A stretch of DNA of 64,000 bases from a bacterium (lineage in GTDB: Bacteria; SAR324; XYD2-FULL-50-16): assembly GCA_018830885.1 (NCBI GenBank), contig JAHJRI010000078.1, positions 4,144 to 68,143 on the forward strand, read 5' to 3'. This document shows, piece by piece, positions 40,769 through 50,482 of this stretch. The notes below the pieces were generated by a model. That model was not told where the DNA came from, made no database searches, and saw only the letters and a program-made list of their open reading frames with translations. The position numbers and the translations under genes are program-made. Numbering within the stretch: position 1 is the first letter of the stretch; every line of letters starts with the position of its first letter.

Positions 40769-40985
40769 ATGTTTATCCTTGAATAGTCTGAGATTTATAA
40801 TTACTGAAATTGAACGATCTCCCCCCATCCCCATCCTCATCCCCTTCCCTACAGGCAATCATTCTTTCAGCCAGGAAGGGTGATCAAAAGGCTATTTCCT
40901 CTGTCACTGTTCCATTGGCATTCTGCCCTCAGTACGGCGAGCGATGTCAATTGCAGGGTATACCGTCCTTGCCTCCCTGTTTTCA

Positions 40986-42551
40986 CTAGGTGGGTGGCGT
41001 ACCATGGATCTTTGCCCGTTCCGGCAGTTTCTCCACCTTGTTACGGGTGATATTCAGCGCCTCGATGATTTTCCTGCGGGTATCATCGGGATTGATGATT
41101 TCATCGACCACCTGGGCCGTGAACGTCCGGCCCACATCAAAAACATCCACTTTTTCCCGCGAACGATTGAGATATCCCTCGTACGCATCCTCCTCGATAC
41201 CCTCAACAACCTTGCGATAATCCTGTGTCGATGCCTCCACGGCAAATCTGGCAATAGGCCAGGCATAGGTCAGGTCGGCACCCAGGCCCTTGACACCGCC
41301 CATGATCATGCTGCCGGCGTCGGAATAGGCTTCCCTCAGAATCACGCTGATCTTGGGGATGGTCGCCGTGGCGTATACATCCAGGATCTTGCCAAAATGC
41401 CGGAGCAGCCCGATCGCCTCCTGGTCCTCTCCCGGCACCACCGGTGGGGTATCCACCAGATTGACCAGCGGGATATTGTAAGCGTCCAGAACCTGCAGAA
41501 AACGATAATACTTGTCGCAGGAGTTGATTTCGAGAATACTGCCCGGTTCCGACGGGTTATTGGCAACCAGACCGACGGATTCCCCATTGAACCGGCAGAA
41601 ACAGGTGATCAGGTTTTTGGCGTACTCCTTCTTGATCTCAAAATACACACCGTCATCCACCAGTGCCTCAATCACATCGTGCATGTCATAGGATTTTTCA
41701 TAAACATCCGGAACGATCTCGACCAGCTCAGGCACCGCCCGCAGGGGATCGTCCTTCGGCTTGACATAAGGCGGTTTCTCCCGGAAGTTGGAGGGCAGAT
41801 AGGCCATCAGCTCCCGGGTATACAGGATGGTCTCGGTATCATCCGCACCCACCACATCACAGGTGCCACTCAGCGCCATGTGATAATCCGCACTCCCCAC
41901 CTCCTTGTTAAACTTTTCCGATGTGGCTGCCTGGGTCTGACGGGGTCCTCCCAGCCAGAGATTGCCCGTCTCCCGGCACATCAGCAGAAAGTCGCAGAGG
42001 GTCGGCGCATAGGCCTGGCCTGCGATGCAGGGACCCATGAGCACATTGACCTGGGGGATCACACCGGACACCTGGGACTGCAGCAGAAAATACCAGTCGA
42101 TACCGGCAATGATGACGTCCTGGTGTCCCAGACGCCCTCCGGAGGAATCCAGCAACCAGATCATGGGATACCCCCATTTGGCGGACATCTTGATCAGCTC
42201 GGCCGTCTTCTGAATATGCTGGGCGCCAATCGACCCTCCCAGAACGGTAAAATCGCTGGCATACACGGTCACCATCCGGCCGTGAATCTCTGCAGTCCCC
42301 ATTATGGCACCATCGCAGGGGGCTTCGCTTTTTTTCCCATCCATGCGCTGCCCGGTTGTGTTCACACAGGAGCCCAATTCGTTGAACGTACCGGCATCGA
42401 TCAGGACATCAATCCGCTCCCGGGCGGTCAGTTTGTTGCGACCATGCTGTCTTTCGATATGCTCGATACCGCCACCCATCAGATTTTGCTCCTGAATCCC
42501 TTTCAATCTTTCTATCGCTTTGTTCATTATCTCTGTCATGGTATACCCCAT
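40986..42551 (-). CDS. Acyl-CoA carboxylase carboxyltransferase subunit (paralog 2)
   Basis: KLTARERI, DFTVLGGS, SGVIPQ, GPCIAGQAY; PccB-like length. Confidence 0.9.
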   Translation of the reverse strand: MGYTMTEIMNKAIERLKGIQEQNLMGGGIEHIERQHGRNKLTARERIDVLIDAGTFNELGSCVNTTGQRMDGKKSEAPCDGAIMGTAEIHGRMVTVYASDFTVLGGSIGAQHIQKTAELIKMSAKWGYPMIWLLDSSGGRLGHQDVIIAGIDWYFLLQSQVSGVIPQVNVLMGPCIAGQAYAPTLCDFLLMCRETGNLWLGGPRQTQAATSEKFNKEVGSADYHMALSGTCDVVGADDTETILYTRELMAYLPSNFREKPPYVKPKDDPLRAVPELVEIVPDVYEKSYDMHDVIEALVDDGVYFEIKKEYAKNLITCFCRFNGESVGLVANNPSEPGSILEINSCDKYYRFLQVLDAYNIPLVNLVDTPPVVPGEDQEAIGLLRHFGKILDVYATATIPKISVILREAYSDAGSMIMGGVKGLGADLTYAWPIARFAVEASTQDYRKVVEGIEEDAYEGYLNRSREKVDVFDVGRTFTAQVVDEIINPDDTRRKIIEALNITRNKVEKLPERAKIHGTPPT

Positions 42552-42561
42552 TCACTGGTTA

Positions 42562-44109
42562 TCAGGCCGGTTTGATATAGCGTTTCTTGTCGGGCAGACC
42601 CTCCTTCTTGTTCCGGGTCGCTTTCAGGGTGCGGATGATCTTGGAGCGCGTATCCCTGGGATCTATCGGTTCCTGGATCATATAGTAGGAGGTCCATTCC
42701 CGGGCGTTCATGACGCTGAAATGCTCCTTCAGAATATTGAGATAGGAGTCGTAAACCTCCTGGTAATTTCCCGCTTCTTTGGCCTTGGCCAGCTCCTTGT
42801 GAAAGACGGCCTGAACCACGGCATCCGGTCCGGTGGGGGCAAACTCGGCGGTCGGCCAGCCATAGATGTTGTCCGGCTGCATCCGGGAACACCCCATCAC
42901 GATATTGGCCCCGCCATAGGCCCGCCTCAGCACGATCGTCACTTTCTGGTTGGTCAGGTGGGAATAGGAGTGCAGGTTCTTGGCACCATGCCGGATAATT
43001 CCCACCCGCTCCCATTTGTCTCCCGGCACATAGGCCGTGGAATCCACCAGGTTGACCAGGGGAATACTGAACGCATCGAGAAAATTCATGAACCGGTCAT
43101 ACTTGTCCGATGAGTCGATTTCAAAAATACCGCTCAGTTCATCCGGGTTGTTCGCGATAACCCCCACCACTTCCCCCGCCATGCGACAGAATCCGGTGAC
43201 GAGATGCGTGGCAAAATCCGGCTGCAACTCAAAAAATTCACCGTTATCCACAATCTTTTCAATTATCTCGTGGATGTCATAGGTAAACTTGGGATTATCC
43301 GGCATCACCGCCAGAATTCCCTCCTCCCTGCGGTCCGGGTCATCCTTCGTATCCACCCAGGGTGCTTTTTCCCAGCAGTTCTGCGGCAGATAGGCCAGCA
43401 GCTGCTTCGTTTTATCGATCGCATCCGCATCATCTTCAGCAATCAGATCCACCTGGCCGGATTTCTCCATATGAAATTCGGCCCGACCCGCCTCCCCGGT
43501 CTTGATGTCACCCCCCAGCCACAGAAAACCGGTCTGTTCATTCATGATCAGAAAATCAGCCAGGACTGGCAGCGCAGCCATCGTCCCTGTGCAGGGACCC
43601 AGCAGCAGCATGATCCTGGGAATCACACCGGAATAGAGACAGTAGGCTCGAATCAAGCGGGACAGACCATTCAGGCCCGTCTGGCCATTCTTAATCCCCA
43701 GCCGCTCACCGGCCGAATCCATGATGCCGATGACAGGCATCCGCCGCTGACCGGCCATTTCCACCAGTTCTGCTATTTTCCATGCGGCCTGGTCTCCCAG
43801 GGAACCCGACATGACCGTAAAATCCATGGAAAAAACCATCACCGGTCGGCCATCCACCTCACCATAACCCATGACCACACCTTCCGCAGGCGTCGGTCTG
43901 AGTTTACCGTCATAAGGGGGACGCGTATCCCGCACCAGTGAACCCACCTCATCAAAACTGCCCGGATCCAGTAAATGGTCGATTCTCTCCCGGGCTGTCA
44001 ATTTTCCCAGGTCGCGCTGTACCTTGAGACGTGATTCGCCTCCGGCGTTGATGCTCTCCTGGCGATTGTTCTCCAGTTTGGCCAGATAACCATCCATCCA
44101 TTGTCCCAT
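42562..44109 (-). CDS. Acyl-CoA carboxylase carboxyltransferase subunit (paralog 1)
   Basis: GKLTARERI, DFTVMSGS, GIIRHGAK, RRAYGGA. Confidence 0.9.
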   Translation of the reverse strand: MGQWMDGYLAKLENNRQESINAGGESRLKVQRDLGKLTARERIDHLLDPGSFDEVGSLVRDTRPPYDGKLRPTPAEGVVMGYGEVDGRPVMVFSMDFTVMSGSLGDQAAWKIAELVEMAGQRRMPVIGIMDSAGERLGIKNGQTGLNGLSRLIRAYCLYSGVIPRIMLLLGPCTGTMAALPVLADFLIMNEQTGFLWLGGDIKTGEAGRAEFHMEKSGQVDLIAEDDADAIDKTKQLLAYLPQNCWEKAPWVDTKDDPDRREEGILAVMPDNPKFTYDIHEIIEKIVDNGEFFELQPDFATHLVTGFCRMAGEVVGVIANNPDELSGIFEIDSSDKYDRFMNFLDAFSIPLVNLVDSTAYVPGDKWERVGIIRHGAKNLHSYSHLTNQKVTIVLRRAYGGANIVMGCSRMQPDNIYGWPTAEFAPTGPDAVVQAVFHKELAKAKEAGNYQEVYDSYLNILKEHFSVMNAREWTSYYMIQEPIDPRDTRSKIIRTLKATRNKKEGLPDKKRYIKPA

Positions 44110-44432
44110 AACTCTGATCTCCTTAATTCCTGGTGTTTGTCAAAACGGGTCGTAAAATATGACGCACCGGTGAAGTTACCATTACTTACCCCATTGCCAT
44201 CCAACGGTCCCTGAAACCGCTTCCTGAATCTTCAACCACAGGATCTCTTTGACTTGCTGATACGTGATGAATACCTGTTTTCAATCTTTTATCCGGGTCG
44301 TTGACCTCTGCAGTTACCGGTAAGACGCCCGGCGAACGGAAGGTTAGTATTCATAACTGTCCCGGTCTCTGTCAAGAGCTATCCCTGTATTCAATACCGC
44401 TTGTGGAGAGTTGCTGAACAAAAATTTTATTT

Positions 44433-44487
44433 TGAATTAGATTCAGTATTTGAACAAAATAATAGGTAACATGATACAATCTGTCAA
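44433..44487 (-). promoter_or_regulatory. Sigma70-like promoter (TTGACA-N17-TATTAT) with downstream palindrome
   Basis: Minus-strand TTGACA 44487-44482, TATTAT 44464-44459; palindrome TGAAT-TAG-ATTCA 44433-44445. Confidence 0.5.
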
Positions 44488-44534
44488 GTCCAAAGCATGG
44501 GATTTATCCGCATCAAGGTGTCAGCAGAAGACGG

Positions 44535-44745
44535 ACCCCGATAACCGGAGCGTCATGCGCCTTGAAACGGGTGTCCTGGTTCAAAAAAGCGAGGTTTTTC
44601 GCCATCGTCTGTGCCACGAGCTTTCGATCAAAAGGGTCGCGGTGATTGATGGGCAGGGCAGTGGGTATCGATCCGGATGGTTTCGATCAGCCGGGAGATA
44701 TCGAGGTGCTGGTCAATAAGCGGGTCATACCGTGGGATGTCGAAA
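44535..44745 (-). pseudogene. vapC: VapC (PIN) toxin C-terminal remnant
   Basis: Minus frame reads ALPINHRDPFDRKLVAQTMAKNLAFLNQDTRF, matching the VapC HRDPFDR motif; upstream part in another frame, no N-terminus or antitoxin. Confidence 0.65.
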
Positions 44746-44778
44746 TCAGCACTGCTGATTTCGACAGGATCCAGCTGA

Positions 44779-45492
44779 TTACCGGCAGTGGATGCAGGTA
44801 TCAAAATGGTTTTCAGGCAGTTTGAATTTGGTTTGAAAATATTCCAGCTGCTTGATGGGGGCAATTTCCCGGCCGCAGGACTTGCATTTCTGCATGGGAA
44901 ATTCGGTATCCCAGATGGTGCGGATGCCGTCCTTTTGTTTCAGGGGGATGACATCGACCGGACAGATCTGGGAACAGGATCCGCAGGCGATACAGTCAAT
45001 TGCCGGGCCCTCGAAGGGGGTTGTCACTTCACGGGTGTAGCCGCGACCCTTGTACCCGATTGCGTTAACGCCGACCACCTCCCGGCACACTCTGACGCAC
45101 TGACCGCAGAGAATACAGCCCTTCTGTTCCAGTTCGAAACGGGATTTGCTGATCCCCAACCGTGCTGCGATCTCTTTGAGTTTGGAGCTGTATGGATTGC
45201 GAGCAATCAGCAGCTCAATGACCAGTCGACGCACGTTTTGAACCCGTGGGGTCTCGGTTTGAATGTCCAGGCCGGGGGCAACTTCGTAGATACAGGAAGC
45301 CACCATGCGGGTGCGGTTTTTCTGCGCTATTTCCACCATGCAGAGTCGGCATGAGCCGTAAGGATTCAGTTCATCATTATCGCAAAGGGTCGGAATATAG
45401 ATATTGGCCGACTGCGCTGCCCTGAGGATGGTGGTCCCCGGTTCAGCCGGTATCTCTCTGCCGTTGATGGTAATTGTGATGGTTTCAGACAT
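44779..45492 (-). CDS. BfuA/NuoG-N-terminal-like Fe-S protein ([2Fe-2S] + 2x[4Fe-4S] + C-terminal CxxC...CxxC)
   Basis: IPTLC...GSCRLC...ASC, CILCGQCVRVC, CIACGSCSQICP, CKSC...CIHC; no H-cluster or Mo-bisPGD domain. Confidence 0.85.
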   Translation of the reverse strand: MSETITITINGREIPAEPGTTILRAAQSANIYIPTLCDNDELNPYGSCRLCMVEIAQKNRTRMVASCIYEVAPGLDIQTETPRVQNVRRLVIELLIARNPYSSKLKEIAARLGISKSRFELEQKGCILCGQCVRVCREVVGVNAIGYKGRGYTREVTTPFEGPAIDCIACGSCSQICPVDVIPLKQKDGIRTIWDTEFPMQKCKSCGREIAPIKQLEYFQTKFKLPENHFDTCIHCR

Positions 45493-45545
45493 GATTTTCT
45501 CTCTTTTCTAAAAACTCCAGTTCACGGTTTCTGATTCTGACCCGG

Positions 45546-47399
45546 TTAACTCACTCTGACAGCATCGTCGTTGCAGACTTCAAAGCAGGCGCCGCATTGA
45601 ATACACTTTTCCTGGTCGATAACATGCAGCTTTTTCTTCTCGCCACTGATCGCCTGGACAGGACAGGGTTTAACGCACAAGCGACAGCCGGTGCAGGCAT
45701 CAGCATCAATGGTATAGGTGATCAGCGCCTTGCAGACACCGGCCGGACATCTCTTGTCCTTGATATGGGCCTCATACTCCTCCCTGAAATAGCGAATGGT
45801 GCTGAGCACCGGAGAAGGTGCAGAACCGCCCAGTGCGCAGAGAGAGCCATCGGCAATCGCTTCTCCCATCCACTCCAGGGTTTCAATATCACCCTCATGA
45901 CCCCTGCCCTCGGTGATCCGGTCCAGAATCAGACGCATGCGGTGTACCCCTTCCCGACAGGGGGTACATTTGCCGCAGGATTCCTCCTCGAGAAAGCTCA
46001 GAAAGTAGCGTGCCACGTCCACCATACAGTTCCGGTCGTCCATGACGATCATACCCCCGGAACCCATCATGGAACCCAGTTTGGTCAGTTCATCAAAATC
46101 CACCGGGCTGTCCAAATGCTCTTTGGGGATACAGCCACCGGACGGACCACCGGTTTGAACGGCTTTGAACTCCCGTTTATTCGGGATCCCACCACCGATT
46201 TCGTAGATGATTTCCCTCAGGGTCGTTCCCATGGGCACTTCCACCAGGCCGGTATTGTTGATCTTTCCCACCAGGGCAAAAATCTTGGTCCCCTTGCTGC
46301 CCTCGGTACCGATGGACTGATACCAGGCTGACCCCCGGTCAATGATCAGGGGAACGTTGGCCCAGGTTTCCACGTTGTTAAGGGTGGTGGGTTTGTCGTA
46401 AAGACCGCGATCCGTGGCATGGACATACTTGGCTCGGGGTTCCCCGCTGCGTCCTTCAATGGAAGCGAACAGGGCGGAGGACTCCCCGCAGACAAAGGCG
46501 CCGCCGCCACGAATGATCTTGATGTCAAAACAGAAATCGGTGCCCAGGATATTGTCACCCAGCAGCCCCAGTTCACGGGCGTTGTTGATGGCCAGAGCGG
46601 CATTGGTCACCGCCAGGGGGTATTCGTTCCGCACATAGATATAACCCTGGGTGGAGCCGATGGCATAAGCCCCAATGAGCATCCCTTCAAGGATGGCGTG
46701 GGGATTTCCCTCCAGCAGACTGCGGTCCATGTATGCCCCGGGATCTCCCTCGTCAGCATTGCAGATGACGTATTTGATATCGCCTTCCGCCTTGCGGGTC
46801 GCATCCCATTTCCAGCCGGCCGGGAATCCACCGCCGCCCCTGCCGCGCAGGTTGGCATCGATGATTTCCTGGATAACCGCCTCCGGCGCCATGGTGCTGA
46901 GTGCTTTTGCCAGTGCCCGGTAACCGCCGTTGGCCATGTAGTCTTCCATGTTCTTGGGATCGATTTCCGGATTCTGGGCCAGCAACAGACGCATCTGCTT
47001 TTTGTAGAATGACACTTCGTCTTCGCAGGTGACTTTTTCACCGGTGAGCGGCTCTACATAAAGCAACCGATCGATGATTTCACCTTCGCAAACCGTTTTT
47101 TCAAGGATCTCCGCTGCGTCATCAAGTCCCACTTTCTGATAGAATATTTTCCGGGGATTGATCACCACAATGGGGCCTCTTTCGCAGAAACCGTGACAAC
47201 CGGACGTCCGCAGGTCAACCACGTCCTCCAGGTCACGTTTTCCGATTTCCTCTCTAAAGCTGTCGATCAACTGCTGGGTACCATACGCAAGACAACCGGT
47301 GCCGGCACAGATGGTGATGCAGGTTTTGTCCGGGTCCCGTTTGGCGACAATCGAATCCTGCAGCGCCTTTAATTGGTCAGGGGATGTGATTTTCTCCAT
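45546..47399 (-). CDS. HydB/BfuB (NuoF-like) FMN/NAD(P)H-binding subunit
   Basis: N-terminal CAGTGC/GCHGFC, GRGGGGFP, NADEGDPGAYMDR, GGPSGG, ESCGKCTPCREG, C-terminal 2x[4Fe-4S]. Confidence 0.93.
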   Translation of the reverse strand: MEKITSPDQLKALQDSIVAKRDPDKTCITICAGTGCLAYGTQQLIDSFREEIGKRDLEDVVDLRTSGCHGFCERGPIVVINPRKIFYQKVGLDDAAEILEKTVCEGEIIDRLLYVEPLTGEKVTCEDEVSFYKKQMRLLLAQNPEIDPKNMEDYMANGGYRALAKALSTMAPEAVIQEIIDANLRGRGGGGFPAGWKWDATRKAEGDIKYVICNADEGDPGAYMDRSLLEGNPHAILEGMLIGAYAIGSTQGYIYVRNEYPLAVTNAALAINNARELGLLGDNILGTDFCFDIKIIRGGGAFVCGESSALFASIEGRSGEPRAKYVHATDRGLYDKPTTLNNVETWANVPLIIDRGSAWYQSIGTEGSKGTKIFALVGKINNTGLVEVPMGTTLREIIYEIGGGIPNKREFKAVQTGGPSGGCIPKEHLDSPVDFDELTKLGSMMGSGGMIVMDDRNCMVDVARYFLSFLEEESCGKCTPCREGVHRMRLILDRITEGRGHEGDIETLEWMGEAIADGSLCALGGSAPSPVLSTIRYFREEYEAHIKDKRCPAGVCKALITYTIDADACTGCRLCVKPCPVQAISGEKKKLHVIDQEKCIQCGACFEVCNDDAVRVS

Positions 47400-47881
47400 T
47401 ATGATTTACCTTCTTTGCTTTTTTGGCTCTCTTTGCTCAGCTTCTTCAGCAACCGACTGGTTTTGGCAATGGTCATCTGTCCGTGGTATTCCTCGTTGAC
47501 AACCATGACAGGCCCCAAAGCACAGGCTCCCAGGCAGTTGACGGTTTCAAAGGTGTACTCCAGATCCTCGGATGTCTCACCTTCCTTAATATGCAGTTCT
47601 CTTTCAATATGATCAATAATCAAGGGGACCCCCCGGACATGGCAGGCGGTTCCCTTGCAGAGATTGATCTGGAACCGGCCTCTGGGAGTCAGGCTGAAAG
47701 CCTTATAAAATGTCGCCACTTCAAAGATACGGCTCAGGGAAACGTCCAGATAGGAACTGACCAGATCCAGGGCTTCCCTGGGCAGATAGTTCAACTCCTT
47801 TTGGACATCCTGGAGTACGGGAACCAGAAACCCCTTGTCTCCGTCGTATCGATCGATAATCGTTCTGATGGTTTTTTCCAT
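47399..47881 (-). CDS. HydC/BfuC (NuoE-like) [2Fe-2S] subunit
   Basis: VATFY, CKGTACHVRG, CLGACALGP. Confidence 0.93.
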   Translation of the reverse strand: MEKTIRTIIDRYDGDKGFLVPVLQDVQKELNYLPREALDLVSSYLDVSLSRIFEVATFYKAFSLTPRGRFQINLCKGTACHVRGVPLIIDHIERELHIKEGETSEDLEYTFETVNCLGACALGPVMVVNEEYHGQMTIAKTSRLLKKLSKESQKSKEGKS

Positions 47882-47898
47882 GATCTGTTTTCTATTGA

Positions 47899-48828
47899 TT
47901 AGGCTTTAGCCTGGGTTTTTGCCTGCAGTTTTTCGAAATCCTTGGTCACTCTTTTCTGGATGGTATCAATCAGATCGTCGGTCAGGTGCCTGAACCGACC
48001 CTGGGGCTTCAGATACTCTTTGACAGGTCTCAACGGCTCGTCAAAAGAGAGTTTGTATTTACCGTTGGTGACCTCAAAAAGAGGGAAAACACCGGTTTCA
48101 ACCGCCAGGCGGCCGATCCAGATGGCTTTTTTGGTAGGAATCCGCCAGCCGGTAGGACAGACTGACAAAATATGCACATAAGCGGGTCCCTCAATACGGG
48201 CTGCTTTTTCCAGTTTCTGGATCAGGTCCATCGGATAACTGGCACAGGCAGTGGCAACATAGGGTATTTCATGGGCAACCGCAATGGCCGGCATGTTCTT
48301 TTTCCATGTCAGCTGACCCGCACGGGCTTTGCCGGCGGGTGATGTGGTCGTGCTGGCGCCGAACGGGGTCGATGAGGAGCGTTGAATCCCAGTGTTCATA
48401 TAGGCTTCGTTGTCATAGCAGACATAGACCATATTGTGTCCGCGCTCCAGAGCACCCGACAGTGATTGAAAGCCGATGTCCGCTGTCGCACCGTCCCCTC
48501 CCATACCCAGGATGGTTGTTTTCTGATCCGGAATTTTTCCTTTACGCACCAGGGCCTTGAAACCGGCTTCCACACCGGAAGCCACCGCGGCGGAATTCTC
48601 AAAGGCGACATGAATCCAGGGAACACCCCAGCTGGTGTGGGGATACGCCGAGGAGACCACCTCCATACAGCCGGTGGCACAGGCCACCACCGTATTGGGT
48701 CCCAGCGCTTTCGCTACCAGGCGAACGGCCAGCGCTTCAGCGCAACCTTGACAAGCCTTGTGCCCCGGTGTGAAATACTCCTGTTTGTTAACCAGGCGGG
48801 TGGCATATACATTCAAAGGTTCCATCAT
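47899..48828 (-). CDS. porB: 2-oxoacid:ferredoxin oxidoreductase beta subunit (TPP-binding)
   Basis: GHKACQGC, TGC, GGDG...YDNEAYMNTG, CPTGW. Confidence 0.92.
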   Translation of the reverse strand: MMEPLNVYATRLVNKQEYFTPGHKACQGCAEALAVRLVAKALGPNTVVACATGCMEVVSSAYPHTSWGVPWIHVAFENSAAVASGVEAGFKALVRKGKIPDQKTTILGMGGDGATADIGFQSLSGALERGHNMVYVCYDNEAYMNTGIQRSSSTPFGASTTTSPAGKARAGQLTWKKNMPAIAVAHEIPYVATACASYPMDLIQKLEKAARIEGPAYVHILSVCPTGWRIPTKKAIWIGRLAVETGVFPLFEVTNGKYKLSFDEPLRPVKEYLKPQGRFRHLTDDLIDTIQKRVTKDFEKLQAKTQAKA

Positions 48829-50003
48829 TCTCTGGCTCCATATATGGTATAGTCGTTCCGCTTCAGCATCTCTTCCGAAGCGCTGGTCGTTTCTTCATAA
48901 ATCTTGATAAAGTCATCGGCGGTAATATCGCGACCCGCCAGACTGCAGATATAGTTGGTGACGAACGGCATGTTGTCCTGGTGATACAGGGCCGACCGGA
49001 TTTCGCTGGCGACCGGTCCCCCGGGACCGCCAAAGGAGACCGCCCGATCGATGACAATGATCTGGTCAAGACCCTTGACGACTTCTGCCAGCTCTTCAAA
49101 CGGAAAGGGACGCCAGAGTCTCATCTTGAGCAGACCCACGGCCTCTCCTATTTCTCTCAACTCGTCGATGGCCAGTGAAAGGGTTTCACCAATACTTCCC
49201 ATGGAGAGAAAGGCAACTTTTGCACCTTCGGTTTTGTATGACTCAATCGGATGGTAATACCGGCCGCAGACATCCCCCAGTTCTTTCCAGGCGGCGAGTA
49301 TCTGGGTTTTGGATCTCAGCAGCGCCTCGTTCTGGGATTTTTTGGCCTCGGTGAAGATATCCGGCATGCCCAGGGCACCCATGGTGACCGGTTTATCCGG
49401 ATGCAGCCGATGGAGGGGTTTGAAATCGGGCAGGTACCGGTCAACCATCTCCTGTTCCCAGTATTCGATCGGCTCGATCATATGAGAGAGCGAAAAACCG
49501 TCGATATTGATAATTACCGGTAATGACACCTTTTGATCTTCAGCCACCCTGAATGCAAAAAAGATGTTGTCAAACACCTCCTGGCCGTTTTCCGCAAACG
49601 TCTGGATCCAGCCGGTATCCCGAATGGACATGACATCCGAGTGATCGTTCCAGATGCTCAACGGTCCGGAGAGGGACCGATTGGCCAGGATCATGACGAT
49701 GGGCAACTGCATGGAGGCAGCCAGAAAAACGATCTCGTTCATCAGGGCCAATCCCTGGGAACTTGTACAGGTAAATGTCCGGGCACCGGCCGCTGAGGCC
49801 CCGCAGGCGACGCTCATGGCTGAGTGTTCGGATTCCACCGGGACATACTCCGCATCCAGATCGCCGGCAGCCACCAGTTCAGCCAGATGTTCCACAATAT
49901 GGGTTTGCGGTGTGATGGGATAAGCCGCCACAACGTCCACATTTGTCATCCCGATAGCATCAGCTGCCGCGACGGATACTTCGACACCAGTTTTTTTGGC
50001 CAT
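48825..50003 (-). CDS. porA: 2-oxoacid:ferredoxin oxidoreductase alpha subunit
   Basis: AYPITPQT, ESEHSA, TSSQG, NRSL, DGF; ATG 50003 overlaps the porD stop. Confidence 0.92.
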   Translation of the reverse strand: MAKKTGVEVSVAAADAIGMTNVDVVAAYPITPQTHIVEHLAELVAAGDLDAEYVPVESEHSAMSVACGASAAGARTFTCTSSQGLALMNEIVFLAASMQLPIVMILANRSLSGPLSIWNDHSDVMSIRDTGWIQTFAENGQEVFDNIFFAFRVAEDQKVSLPVIINIDGFSLSHMIEPIEYWEQEMVDRYLPDFKPLHRLHPDKPVTMGALGMPDIFTEAKKSQNEALLRSKTQILAAWKELGDVCGRYYHPIESYKTEGAKVAFLSMGSIGETLSLAIDELREIGEAVGLLKMRLWRPFPFEELAEVVKGLDQIIVIDRAVSFGGPGGPVASEIRSALYHQDNMPFVTNYICSLAGRDITADDFIKIYEETTSASEEMLKRNDYTIYGARE

Positions 50004-50296
50004 TACTCCTCCTCCGCAACCATGGTGATACACCCGGTAAAACACTCTGCCGAGCAGATACCACACCCTTTGCAGTAATAAAGATCTGCCTGAAAAAAGC
50101 CCTCCTCGGTCTTGGCGATGGCCATGTCCGGACAGAAAATGTAGCAGATACCGCATTTAATGCACTGGGATTGATCAACCACCGGACGTTCAGATCGCCA
50201 ATCACCGGTTTTGTACTCTCTTGAAGTTCCCGGTTCGCGCATGACAAAGCCAGCGTCCAGATCCTTCCAGCCCGGTTCCGATTTTAATTTTGCCAA
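50003..50296 (-). CDS. porD: 2-oxoacid:ferredoxin oxidoreductase delta subunit
   Basis: TGDWR, CIKCGICYIFCP, YCKGCGICSAEC. Confidence 0.9.
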   Translation of the reverse strand: MAKLKSEPGWKDLDAGFVMREPGTSREYKTGDWRSERPVVDQSQCIKCGICYIFCPDMAIAKTEEGFFQADLYYCKGCGICSAECFTGCITMVAEEE

Positions 50297-50482
50297 ATCA
50301 TTCTCCTTCTTGCATACAGCTAAAACAACGGATCATGAATGATCCTGTTCCAAAATCCTGGTGAAACGCACCGTTCCGTATTCCAGGTCACTTCCATGAG
50401 ACAGCAGCCTGATCCTCATTGTCGATTCAGAAGGCACCGTTTCCAGGGGTGTATTGATAAATAACAGTGTTACCGTTCAGTG

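Noticed and set aside
44779-47881. Complex I nuoEFG or an [FeFe]-hydrogenase
   Set aside because: No membrane nuo genes; the A-like subunit is only 237 aa with no H-cluster motifs
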